Source: Micavibrio sp. (GTDB taxonomy: Bacteria > Patescibacteriota > Minisyncoccia > Moranbacterales > GCA-2747515). From it: a stretch of DNA of 59,196 nt. The notes under the pieces were generated by a model. It ran no database searches and was not told the origin of the DNA. It saw nothing but the letters and a program-made list of their open reading frames with translations. This document shows, one piece after another, positions 48,624 through 56,434 of this stretch. How positions within the stretch are numbered: the stretch's first letter is position 1; the number at the start of each line of letters is the position of its first letter. Both the position numbers and the translations under genes were made by a program. Where the stretch lies: contig DYDB01000001.1 in assembly GCA_020718085.1 (NCBI GenBank), positions 329,575 to 388,770 of the forward strand, read 5' to 3'.

Positions 48624-49847
48624 TCATTCGGGATGTTTTGAAGATAAGACCTTCCCTTCTTTGAATCGTGAATGGATGATGATCTCATTATCCTGAGATG
48701 CAGTAGTCAAACCGACAACCGATGCGATGTAATTATCTTTTTTGGCCTCATGGATCAGTCGCATGGCATCGGCAGTTGTATGGCAAATGACCAGCATTCC
48801 ACATCCGCCGTGAAACGTGCTGTGCGCATACCAATCACTCAAGCGCAGATCAGGATACAACCATGAGATCTCTTGTGCTTCCCGCAAGATCTCTGCAGGC
48901 ACAGGCATGCTGTGTAAATGTGCGCCTACACCTTCCGGGAGAATATCTCCCAGTTTTTCCCATATACCCCCGCCGCTTACATGCGCATTACCAGCAACAT
49001 TGACGATCGATCTGCCAACGCTCCCATCTCTTCGCCACCCGTTTACACGTGTGAGAAGCGGTGCATAGATCGCCGACGGCTTTGCACATTTCGCAACAAA
49101 ATCATGTAAACCGTCATTTTTTCCTTCGATAAAATGTCGCTGTGTGATGTTGGTGAGCTTTGTACCGCCATTGCAGCGATATCCCGGCTCCCAGAAACCG
49201 ACGATGACCATGCCCGGCGCGATCTTCGAACCATCGATCAATTTGTCTCGATGTGCCAAGCCGACACATGATGCACCCCAATTCACGATTAGCATGGTAC
49301 TCGATCGATCATCACAAAATGCCGTCACACTGTTTTTCATGATCGCGACTTCACCTGTGACATTTACACCATCAATGCCTCCCAGAGCATGCCCATATCC
49401 ACGCATCAACGACTCAAAGAGATGAAAATTTTCTTGTGTCAATTGTTTAATGTTGAGATCGTTGGCATAAACAACGGGAAATCGACCAGACCGCGCGAAG
49501 TCATCGGCAGTCATCGCCAATATTTCCCATCCGGCAAAGTAAAATGTTTGTGCATCACCAAGCAGCGCGTGAAATTGCAGTTTGCCGCCCGCACCATCAT
49601 TTTCCTTTTCCTCCATCATTGTCCAGCGAGTAACACCACCATTCTCATCAACATCATAATCTGCAAGTTGTTTAAGTATGTGCTTTTGCCACACCCAGCC
49701 GATCGGTCCCCGAAAATTTCCCGGTTGATGCGGCACAACGATGACCGCAGGGTTATTCTTGTGACTCTCAAAACAAATTTCTTTTGCAAGTCGTGACGCA
49801 CGATCACCGGGTTCGATCACTTCCTCCATGTACCGATCCTTTTTCAT
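48624..49847 (-). CDS. AIR synthase (PurM) superfamily protein, divergent
   Basis: 407 aa. Carries NDGAGGK (cf. DGVGTK), AMTADDFARSG (cf. AMxVNDl), TGEVA (cf. GGETA) and NAHVSGGGIWEKL (cf. HITGGG). Sits in a pur cluster, with SD AAGGAGA. Confidence 0.7.
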   Translation of the reverse strand: MKKDRYMEEVIEPGDRASRLAKEICFESHKNNPAVIVVPHQPGNFRGPIGWVWQKHILKQLADYDVDENGGVTRWTMMEEKENDGAGGKLQFHALLGDAQTFYFAGWEILAMTADDFARSGRFPVVYANDLNIKQLTQENFHLFESLMRGYGHALGGIDGVNVTGEVAIMKNSVTAFCDDRSSTMLIVNWGASCVGLAHRDKLIDGSKIAPGMVIVGFWEPGYRCNGGTKLTNITQRHFIEGKNDGLHDFVAKCAKPSAIYAPLLTRVNGWRRDGSVGRSIVNVAGNAHVSGGGIWEKLGDILPEGVGAHLHSMPVPAEILREAQEISWLYPDLRLSDWYAHSTFHGGCGMLVICHTTADAMRLIHEAKKDNYIASVVGLTTASQDNEIIIHSRFKEGKVLSSKHPE

Positions 49848-49971
49848 TGCCGTTCTCCTTTTCGTAAATGTGAGATCATAAGTATATCGCCTTCAATACA
49901 CGTTAAAGAACATGGTTGAATATAAGCAAAATTGCACCATAAAGTCAACTACAAAACATTATACCTATCTC

Positions 49972-50026
49972 CAAAATGATAAAGGACCGAGTGTGATAAA
50001 AAAATTATTTTTTACACACTCGATCC
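49972..50026 (-). terminator. terminator downstream of 50037..50561
   Basis: Minus strand ggatcgagtgtg-...-cacactcggtcc (one G-U, on the minus strand only) followed by tttatcatttt. Confidence 0.7.
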
Positions 50027-50036
50027 TATTGAAAAA

Positions 50037-50561
50037 TCACAATTGTACTGTGCCACCGATCATATCCGCGCATGCTTGTGCGATTGGTTTAAATACTGTA
50101 TTACCACTGATCGCAATGATCCGGCCGACATTATTCCATGGAATAAGTCTAAAGCGCAGTGCAACAATAAGAGCGATAGCTTCATTGATCTCTTCAGAAA
50201 GGCCATCCACACCAATCGCGCAACCGTCACCTCCAGGATCAATCGCACGAGAATTCGATGGCACCACAATAGCACCACCACCCTCTTTGCCGGTTACTTC
50301 GTCTCGCACACCCCAACTACTGATCTGCTTTGCGCGCAGTACACAGTTCACTTTTTCTTGTACCCGAGCAAAGCACTTGTTTGCGATTTCTACGCCTTCA
50401 CAGATACCAACTTGAGCCAAAAAAATTGGCTTGCAGTCTTCTCTGTTTGCCACGTAGATGTAACATCCTTTCTGTGTGAGATGTGCATTTTCCGACAACG
50501 CTAAAATTCTTATGACAACTTCTTCGGCCACAGCGAGAAATCTATCAGACATTCTATCCAT
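50037..50561 (-). CDS. GlcG/DUF336-like protein (weak motif-level call), paralogue 1
   Basis: 174 aa. QEKV...GGGAIVVP...CAIGVDGLSEEINEAIA resembles the GlcG pattern QEKA...GGVPV...GAVGVSG...D..VA. Confidence 0.4.
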   Translation of the reverse strand: MDRMSDRFLAVAEEVVIRILALSENAHLTQKGCYIYVANREDCKPIFLAQVGICEGVEIANKCFARVQEKVNCVLRAKQISSWGVRDEVTGKEGGGAIVVPSNSRAIDPGGDGCAIGVDGLSEEINEAIALIVALRFRLIPWNNVGRIIAISGNTVFKPIAQACADMIGGTVQL

Positions 50562-50585
50562 CTCATCCTCCGCGATATTGACTTT

Positions 50586-51170
50586 TTATGTTACACCACA
50601 CTGTGCTATACGCTCAGTATAATAATATTGATCATTTTTCTTGACTGCATCAAGAATTTTCTTTGTCAGTTCATGATTTTTACTCTTGTCCAAAATGTTC
50701 TGGATCCTGCGATCTTCATACGGAATCCTAAACACATACATTGCGATCACGATCGCACATGCTTCATTTTCCAATTCCCTGAGACCAGAAATTCCCATGC
50801 CCCATGTCGCCTGAGCGTTGATCTCAATGCAAATTGCACCACCATACTGTCGAAGCACATCAATACGACTTTGATAGGAACTAACATGTCCATGAAGGAA
50901 CATCCTATCAACTTTTTCTTCTGCAAGCTCCCACGATTCTGAACGAACATCGTTACTGAGAAAATCAGTGCCAATTTTGGATTTAAAAAATGGCGTGGAC
51001 ACACCTTTCTTTCGCAAAACAATAATGAATGCTTTGCGCTTCATGTCCTGCAACAATTCATTTTTCAAAACACTCTCAAGAACCTTATTGGCCACAAACT
51101 CAATGGATGTCTTCAGGTCGTCATTTTCACTCAAAAGGTCTTTTGCATCTGCTGAATTCTTCCAAAACAT
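50586..51170 (-). CDS. GlcG/DUF336-like protein, paralogue 2
   Basis: The ATG at 51170 (SD GGGGAGAG) is preferred over the TTG at 51200. Carries EEKV...YGGAICIEIN...GMGISGLRELENEACA. Confidence 0.4.
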   Translation of the reverse strand: MFWKNSADAKDLLSENDDLKTSIEFVANKVLESVLKNELLQDMKRKAFIIVLRKKGVSTPFFKSKIGTDFLSNDVRSESWELAEEKVDRMFLHGHVSSYQSRIDVLRQYGGAICIEINAQATWGMGISGLRELENEACAIVIAMYVFRIPYEDRRIQNILDKSKNHELTKKILDAVKKNDQYYYTERIAQCGVT

Positions 51171-51269
51171 TGCTCGCTCTCCCCATTGATTGATAAACAA
51201 TTCACACTTCGTACGATCAGTTATAACATATATTTATAAAGAACTTCCATTACTCATACCGAGTCACTC

Positions 51270-51298
51270 ATTCTAGCAAGAACATCCAAAATAGTAAA
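51270..51298 (-). promoter_or_regulatory. promoter for 50586..51170
   Basis: Minus strand TTTACT, 17-nt spacer, TAGAAT, followed by GAGTGACTC. The region is 31 of 42 identical to the purN promoter region. Confidence 0.55.
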
Positions 51299-51362
51299 TG
51301 AACGACTTATTTTGTGACATAACTTGCTTTTTAGCACATTATTAACTATTCTTTGTACTAAG

Positions 51363-51447
51363 TAACTGTCTCATATCTCACCGCCATAAAATGGCTTGCC
51401 GATTGAAATCCTAAAATTTCAATTCGACATGAGATATGAGACAGTTA
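51363..51447. repeat. perfect 18-bp inverted repeat enclosing two hairpins (three-way-junction-like element)
   Basis: taactgtctcatatctca (51363-80) pairs with tgagatatgagacagtta (51430-47). Inside are gccat-aaa-atggc (51383-95) and attgaaat-cctaaa-atttcaat (51402-23). Confidence 0.7.
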
Positions 51448-51544
51448 TTAATGAGATCAATTCACATCTCTCTGTTCGTTTATAATAATGTATATACACT
51501 ATATATAACCAGATCATTCAGATCATCAAAAGGAGAATTCGATC

Positions 51545-53317
51545 ATGAAAGAAGCCCCTGAAAAGATCTTTACGGCTACCGTGCTTTCCTGTCGTCCCGA
51601 AAGCAAAAATTCATCTGTCTACGAAATCCGATTACGGCTCGATACAGACCACTTTCATTCTCATGCCGGTCAGTTTGTCGCATTGCATCCTATTGACACA
51701 ACATCTGTTGCACCACGACCATTTACTGTCGTTCACGTTGATATGTTTAATAATTCCATAGTCACACTACTTATCAATGCAATCGGATCAAACACACGCA
51801 AGTATGCATGTATGCAACCAGGAGATCACATTGATCTCTATGGCCCTTATGGCAAAGAAATTGAATTTGATCAAAGCTGTACATCATGCATTTTTGTAGG
51901 TGGCGGAATCGGCAATGCGGCATTGGTTCAACCAGTGCGCAAAGCACTGGCACAACAAAAAGATGTGACGGTATTTCTCGGCGCAAAAGAAGAAGGGTTG
52001 ATCCCTGCGCTCAAATATTTCGATCGTCTCTCTATCAACCTGCAAACTATCACCGAAAATGGCTCCGCACGCACAGGTTTTGTCACTCAACTTTTACATG
52101 ACGCTCTGCGCGCTGATCACGGCCGGTCAACTGTTATTGCGTGCGGTCCAAAGGCCATGTTACGAAAAGTACATGATCTCTGCGAAATGCATGGAAATCC
52201 CTGTATCGTGATCGTTGAAGAAGTAATGGTCTGTAGTATGGGATCTTGCAAAGGTTGTGCGATCTTTGGTGGCATTGATGGTAAAGAAGTGCGTCATGTA
52301 TGCAGTGATGGTCCCGCTTTTGATGCACGATGGATTTGGTGGGATCTATTTTCTTCTCAACCTACACGATATGAGTTTAAACCTCGCACTGTTCTTGATA
52401 AAAAAGATATCAACACAAAATGTACGATTGGTAATCTCATACTAGAAACACCGATCATGAACTGTTCCGGCACATTGGACCTTGATGCGTGCATAGACGG
52501 AAGTATTGATCTCAGAGGATTGGGCGCATTTGTCATTAAAGGATTATCGCTTTACCCAAAATCAGGCAATCCTACGCCACGCGTATGTGAAACACCCGCC
52601 GGCATGCTCAATGCCATTGGTTTGGAGTACATCGGCGTGGAAGCATTTGTCAAAATTATCCTTCCCCATTTACGCGCGTTAGGTATTCCGATCATTGCCA
52701 ATATCAATGGCATATCAGTCGACGAATATCTTGCGTTGACCGAACGTCTGAATGATACCGACATCGACGCACTCGAAGTAAATATCTCGTGTCCGAATGT
52801 CAAAAAAGGAGGTATTGCATTTGGCATTGATCCAGCAATGGCAGCAGGTATTACGGGAGCTGTAAAAAGCAGTGCGAAATTTCCAGTGATCGTAAAACTC
52901 ACACCAAATGTCACTGACATTTCCGTGATCGCTAGAGCTGTGGAGGATGCCGGGGCTGATGCGATCTCACTCATCAACACGGTACTCGGTACTGCAATAG
53001 ATATTCGCAATCGCAAACCCGTACTCGCAAATGTTGTGGGCGGGCTATCGGGACCGGCAATTCGCCCTATTGCCTTACGCTGTGTGATGGTTGTTGCAAA
53101 TACCGTAAAAATACCGATCATCGGCATGGGCGGTAATGAGAATGGTTACACGGCAGCGGAATTCATGATGGCAGGTGCCACAGCAACAGCTTTTGGCACA
53201 TCAGGATTTGCCAATCGCACGATCTTTCCGCAAGCGATCGATCAGTTGCGTGAAATAGCCTATTTTCACGGATATTCCTCAACAGCTGAGCTTGTAAAAA
53301 GCCTCAAAATCCCCTAA
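51545..53317 (+). CDS. fused dihydroorotate dehydrogenase electron-transfer subunit (PyrK) and class 1B catalytic subunit (PyrD)
   Basis: 590 aa. The N-terminal half has an FAD/NAD-binding region (FVGGGIGNA) and a 2Fe-2S motif C-x5-C-x2-C-x13-C (CSMGSCKGCA...VCSDGPAF). The C-terminal half has NCSGT, MLNAIGLEYIG, EVNISCPNVKKGG, GGLSGPAIRPIAL and IIGMGG. Confidence 0.88.
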   Translation: MKEAPEKIFTATVLSCRPESKNSSVYEIRLRLDTDHFHSHAGQFVALHPIDTTSVAPRPFTVVHVDMFNNSIVTLLINAIGSNTRKYACMQPGDHIDLYGPYGKEIEFDQSCTSCIFVGGGIGNAALVQPVRKALAQQKDVTVFLGAKEEGLIPALKYFDRLSINLQTITENGSARTGFVTQLLHDALRADHGRSTVIACGPKAMLRKVHDLCEMHGNPCIVIVEEVMVCSMGSCKGCAIFGGIDGKEVRHVCSDGPAFDARWIWWDLFSSQPTRYEFKPRTVLDKKDINTKCTIGNLILETPIMNCSGTLDLDACIDGSIDLRGLGAFVIKGLSLYPKSGNPTPRVCETPAGMLNAIGLEYIGVEAFVKIILPHLRALGIPIIANINGISVDEYLALTERLNDTDIDALEVNISCPNVKKGGIAFGIDPAMAAGITGAVKSSAKFPVIVKLTPNVTDISVIARAVEDAGADAISLINTVLGTAIDIRNRKPVLANVVGGLSGPAIRPIALRCVMVVANTVKIPIIGMGGNENGYTAAEFMMAGATATAFGTSGFANRTIFPQAIDQLREIAYFHGYSSTAELVKSLKIP

Positions 53318-53344
53318 ACATATGGTGTGTTCACCATACAAACC

Positions 53345-53384
53345 AGAGGCAGTCGACATCATGTCGCACTGCCTCTTTAATTTT
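53345..53384 (+). terminator. pyrK-pyrD terminator
   Basis: agaggcagtcgac-atcat-gtcgcactgcctct followed by ttaatttt. Confidence 0.75.
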
Positions 53385-53453
53385 GGATCTAAACGTAAAA
53401 ACTTCTATATAATATTTTAAATTATCACATCAAAAGATTTGTAAAAAACACGA

Positions 53454-53482
53454 TTGACTTATAACAATAAAGTATCTATAAT
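53454..53482 (+). promoter_or_regulatory. promoter for the IMP cyclohydrolase gene
   Basis: TTGACT, 17-nt spacer, TATAAT. Confidence 0.65.
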
Positions 53483-53497
53483 GCTCTCAAAGGTAAA

Positions 53498-53526
53498 GCT
53501 GAGTATTTCATTACTCACGCTTTTTT
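53498..53526 (+). terminator. terminator-like hairpin inside the 5' leader (possible attenuator)
   Basis: gctgagta-tttcat-tactca(c)gc followed by tttttt. It starts roughly 10 nt after the predicted TSS and ends 47 nt before the ATG. Confidence 0.45.
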
Positions 53527-53572
53527 GTTTCATTAACAGTTGTATAAATTTTTCATATCACAGGAGGATGTA

Positions 53573-54166
53573 ATGAACGAGCATGTGAAATATGCACTAT
53601 TATCCGTATTTGACAAGAATGGCATTGGGGATTTTGCTCAAGGGCTTGTTGACTTGGGATTTCTGCTCATTTCTTCCGGCGGCACAGCAAAACATCTTGC
53701 AGAAAAAGGGTTTTCCGTCACAGATGTCGCAGAGATCACCGGCTATCCGGCGATCATCGGACATCGCGTCGTTACTCTGCATCCTGCCATTCATGGCGGC
53801 ATCCTCGCACTCAACACTCCGGAGCATCAAGCTGACCTGGATCATTATCAGATCAATCGTATCAATTTGGTTTGTGTTGATCTCTATCCCGTTGCAGATG
53901 CAATTGCAAAAGAAAATGCTACGATCGCCAGCGTTATGGAAATGACCGACATTGGCGGCCCGACGTTACTTCGCGGTGCCGCAAAAAATCACGAGCAAAC
54001 GATTGTCGTGTGCGACCCTGTCGATCGCAGATGGGTGGTGGAAGAAATTCGCAGAAATGGTGATCTAAACAGTCGCCAGCGACAAGGCCTTGCTAAAAAA
54101 GTTTTTTCTCTGACCAGCGCCTACGACACAGTAATCTACCAATTTCTGGAAAAGAACTGCGCATAA
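53573..54166 (+). CDS. IMP cyclohydrolase (PurH N-terminal MGS-like domain only; no AICAR transformylase domain)
   Basis: 197 aa from the ATG at 53573 (SD AGGAGGA). Carries ALLSVFDKNGI..ISSGGTAKHL..GHRVVTLHPAIHGGILA..VCVDLYP..DIGGPTLLRGAAKNH, collinear with E. coli PurH residues 1 to about 200. The stop is followed by a strong terminator. Confidence 0.88.
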   Translation: MNEHVKYALLSVFDKNGIGDFAQGLVDLGFLLISSGGTAKHLAEKGFSVTDVAEITGYPAIIGHRVVTLHPAIHGGILALNTPEHQADLDHYQINRINLVCVDLYPVADAIAKENATIASVMEMTDIGGPTLLRGAAKNHEQTIVVCDPVDRRWVVEEIRRNGDLNSRQRQGLAKKVFSLTSAYDTVIYQFLEKNCA

Positions 54167-54180
54167 AACCGCGCAAATCA

Positions 54181-54221
54181 AAAACACTCGAGGATCTCTA
54201 CAGATCTTCGAGTGTTTTCAT
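54181..54221. terminator. bidirectional terminator between convergent genes
   Basis: acactcgaggatct-ctac-agatcttcgagtgt flanked by A and T runs. Confidence 0.8.
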
Positions 54222-54224
54222 TTT

Positions 54225-54824
54225 TTAGATCAATCTAAACATATCATTCTCTTCCACAAATATTGCCTGTTCATCGGTTAATGTGACCACCGACTCACCA
54301 GTCCTCTTTCTCTTGTAATCATCCACATCTCTTTCCTCCTCTTCATTATAATGCGGTGTGATGATGTGATTCGTTAATCGTAATCCCGTCAGATCACTCA
54401 GTTGTACGTCATTTTTATCCGCGTTTCCGATTCCCGCCGCTGCAATATCCGGCCCCACAATGATCGATCCTGCACTCACACCAACATAAAAAGCACCAGC
54501 ACTTATTTCATCGATCAGTAAGTGATCCACACCCGTTTTGCGCATACGATCCAAAATATAGAATGTATTTCCACCACACACATAATAGAGATCATAACCA
54601 TGTAAACTGGAAACATCCACATCCTCAGAAAGATTGACGGCATCATATGCCAAACCAAGACTTTTAAATTCATTGTCATAATATGCTAGCCACATACGAT
54701 CTTCTTCTGTGCGAACTGTATAGAACATGCACGCCTTTTTATTTTCATGCACATCAAATTGTGCAAGGAAAAATTCATGGATATTTTGATTTTTTAATCC
54801 TGTGGATGTGAGCAATAGTTTCAT
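54225..54824 (-). CDS. peptidase E (family S51 dipeptidase)
   Basis: 199 aa. MKLLLTSTG, YVCGGNTFYIL and GVSAGSII (Ser nucleophile context). Confidence 0.8.
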   Translation of the reverse strand: MKLLLTSTGLKNQNIHEFFLAQFDVHENKKACMFYTVRTEEDRMWLAYYDNEFKSLGLAYDAVNLSEDVDVSSLHGYDLYYVCGGNTFYILDRMRKTGVDHLLIDEISAGAFYVGVSAGSIIVGPDIAAAGIGNADKNDVQLSDLTGLRLTNHIITPHYNEEEERDVDDYKRKRTGESVVTLTDEQAIFVEENDMFRLI

Positions 54825-55040
54825 AATACATGCGTAATATTTAATTATTCATATTCTACATCACAAAATACACGTATGCCAATTTACATAATATTTCTCT
54901 CTTAAAGATCCTGAAAATATAATTATTTCACAGGCATAGAACACATTTGACATACACCTCCTTATATGCGATGCTATATTGTTGTTGTTAATTAACATCG
55001 TTCCCATACAAATATTCAATACCCCAACAAGGAGGGCAGC

Positions 55041-55718
55041 ATGCCAGACACATCCACGATCATCCCCATAACTATTTCAGCAACTCACTCCAGTTCTCTG
55101 TCATATCGTCCGATCGACAGACTTAATTCTACCGTTTTTGATGCCGCATACTCTTTGGCAACAGAAGATGTGCTAGAGATCATGTTGAAAATGAACCCTC
55201 TGTTTTTTCCTGAGCGCGGATCCGTATGGTACAACTATGAGATCATCTGCGAAAAAGATCCACGCATCGAAAAAGTTCTCACGGGAAAAACAGGTGACGC
55301 ATTCCCCGACAAGAACTTTGCGCGAAATTGCCGTGTGTTCTGTCAGGAAAAAGTCGCACGCACAATCAGTGCCAACATTCGTTGTTCCCATCAAAATCGC
55401 GATCCCCTCAATAGCAAATGGGGCGGATCCGCACGATTGGAGCTCCTTCTGCTACTGGTCAATGAAGAACCGCTCCCAGTCACACTCGTTGGTGCCAACT
55501 CCGGTCGCAAGGAGTGGGAAGATCTTGCACTCACACTTGGCGTGTTTCACTACCTTGATCTTGTCACATTCGACGACGCACAGGTGCAAGAGATCTTGCG
55601 TTTGGCAGATGAATCTGTTGCACATGATCCTGCCAATCGTCCGGAAAACATGACCATCACACAATTCACCAAGTTGCTTTTTGAAAAGATCGACGAAGCG
55701 ATTGGAAACGCAAAATGA
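55041..55718 (+). CDS. hypothetical protein, possible third GlcG/DUF336-like paralogue
   Basis: 225 aa with SD AAGGAGGG. QEKVARTIS...KWGGSARLEL...LVGANSGRKEWEDLALTL follows the same motif order as 50037 and 50586. Confidence 0.35.
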   Translation: MPDTSTIIPITISATHSSSLSYRPIDRLNSTVFDAAYSLATEDVLEIMLKMNPLFFPERGSVWYNYEIICEKDPRIEKVLTGKTGDAFPDKNFARNCRVFCQEKVARTISANIRCSHQNRDPLNSKWGGSARLELLLLLVNEEPLPVTLVGANSGRKEWEDLALTLGVFHYLDLVTFDDAQVQEILRLADESVAHDPANRPENMTITQFTKLLFEKIDEAIGNAK

Positions 55719-55734
55719 TCCTCAGGGTTATGTA

Positions 55735-55769
55735 AAAAAGGCGCATTCCGCAATCGGAACGCGCCTTTT
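55735..55769. terminator. bidirectional terminator
   Basis: aaaaggcgcattccg-caat-cggaacgcgcctttt. Confidence 0.8.
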
Positions 55770-55812
55770 ATCATTTCATTTGACCAAATGGATGATCACA
55801 TATTGATCTTTT

Positions 55813-56388
55813 TTATGTGATCACTTCCACTAATTCTGGGAATGCACTGGATTGCCACTGACTTGTACGATAATGCCCTCTGCCATCCAGTGATATGATC
55901 TTGCCACCAAGAACATTATGAAAGATCTGCAGACTTTTCTTGCCGTCATCTGATTCATTATCTGCCGTGAACATAATGATCTCTCCGACCTTGTCCACAA
56001 TTGTAGGGTCAATATCATATGAATAAAATGACACCCTGTCCGCATCCGTTCCATCAAAAACTTTCCATGGAGCAACAAGAACGAGCTTTGCAATTTTTTT
56101 CCTTGTTTCACCCAACCACCGCACCAAAAATGCACAACTACAACTATGCCCCACGAGAATCGTATGTTCTGTGACCTCATATTTTTCCAATTCTGATTTG
56201 AAAGCTTCGTATTTTGGCGCCCATGATCTGGGCAGTAATGGCGTCTGCGCCGGTATGCCTCGCACGATCAACTCTTCTCGCACCCACACCGTCCAATGAT
56301 TCTCCACTGTGCGTTGAGCAAGTTTCACAGAATTTTGCTCGTTATATTCACATCCATGTACGATAATACAATTTTTTTGTGTACTCAT
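55813..56388 (-). CDS. alpha/beta serine hydrolase, YdeN/RBBP9-like
   Basis: 191 aa. IIVHGC...HW and ILVGHSCSCAF (a GHSxx nucleophile elbow). Confidence 0.65.
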   Translation of the reverse strand: MSTQKNCIIVHGCEYNEQNSVKLAQRTVENHWTVWVREELIVRGIPAQTPLLPRSWAPKYEAFKSELEKYEVTEHTILVGHSCSCAFLVRWLGETRKKIAKLVLVAPWKVFDGTDADRVSFYSYDIDPTIVDKVGEIIMFTADNESDDGKKSLQIFHNVLGGKIISLDGRGHYRTSQWQSSAFPELVEVIT

Positions 56389-56434
56389 AGAAATATTATT
56401 GTCCTTTTTTTATAAGGATCATTTGACGCATTCT

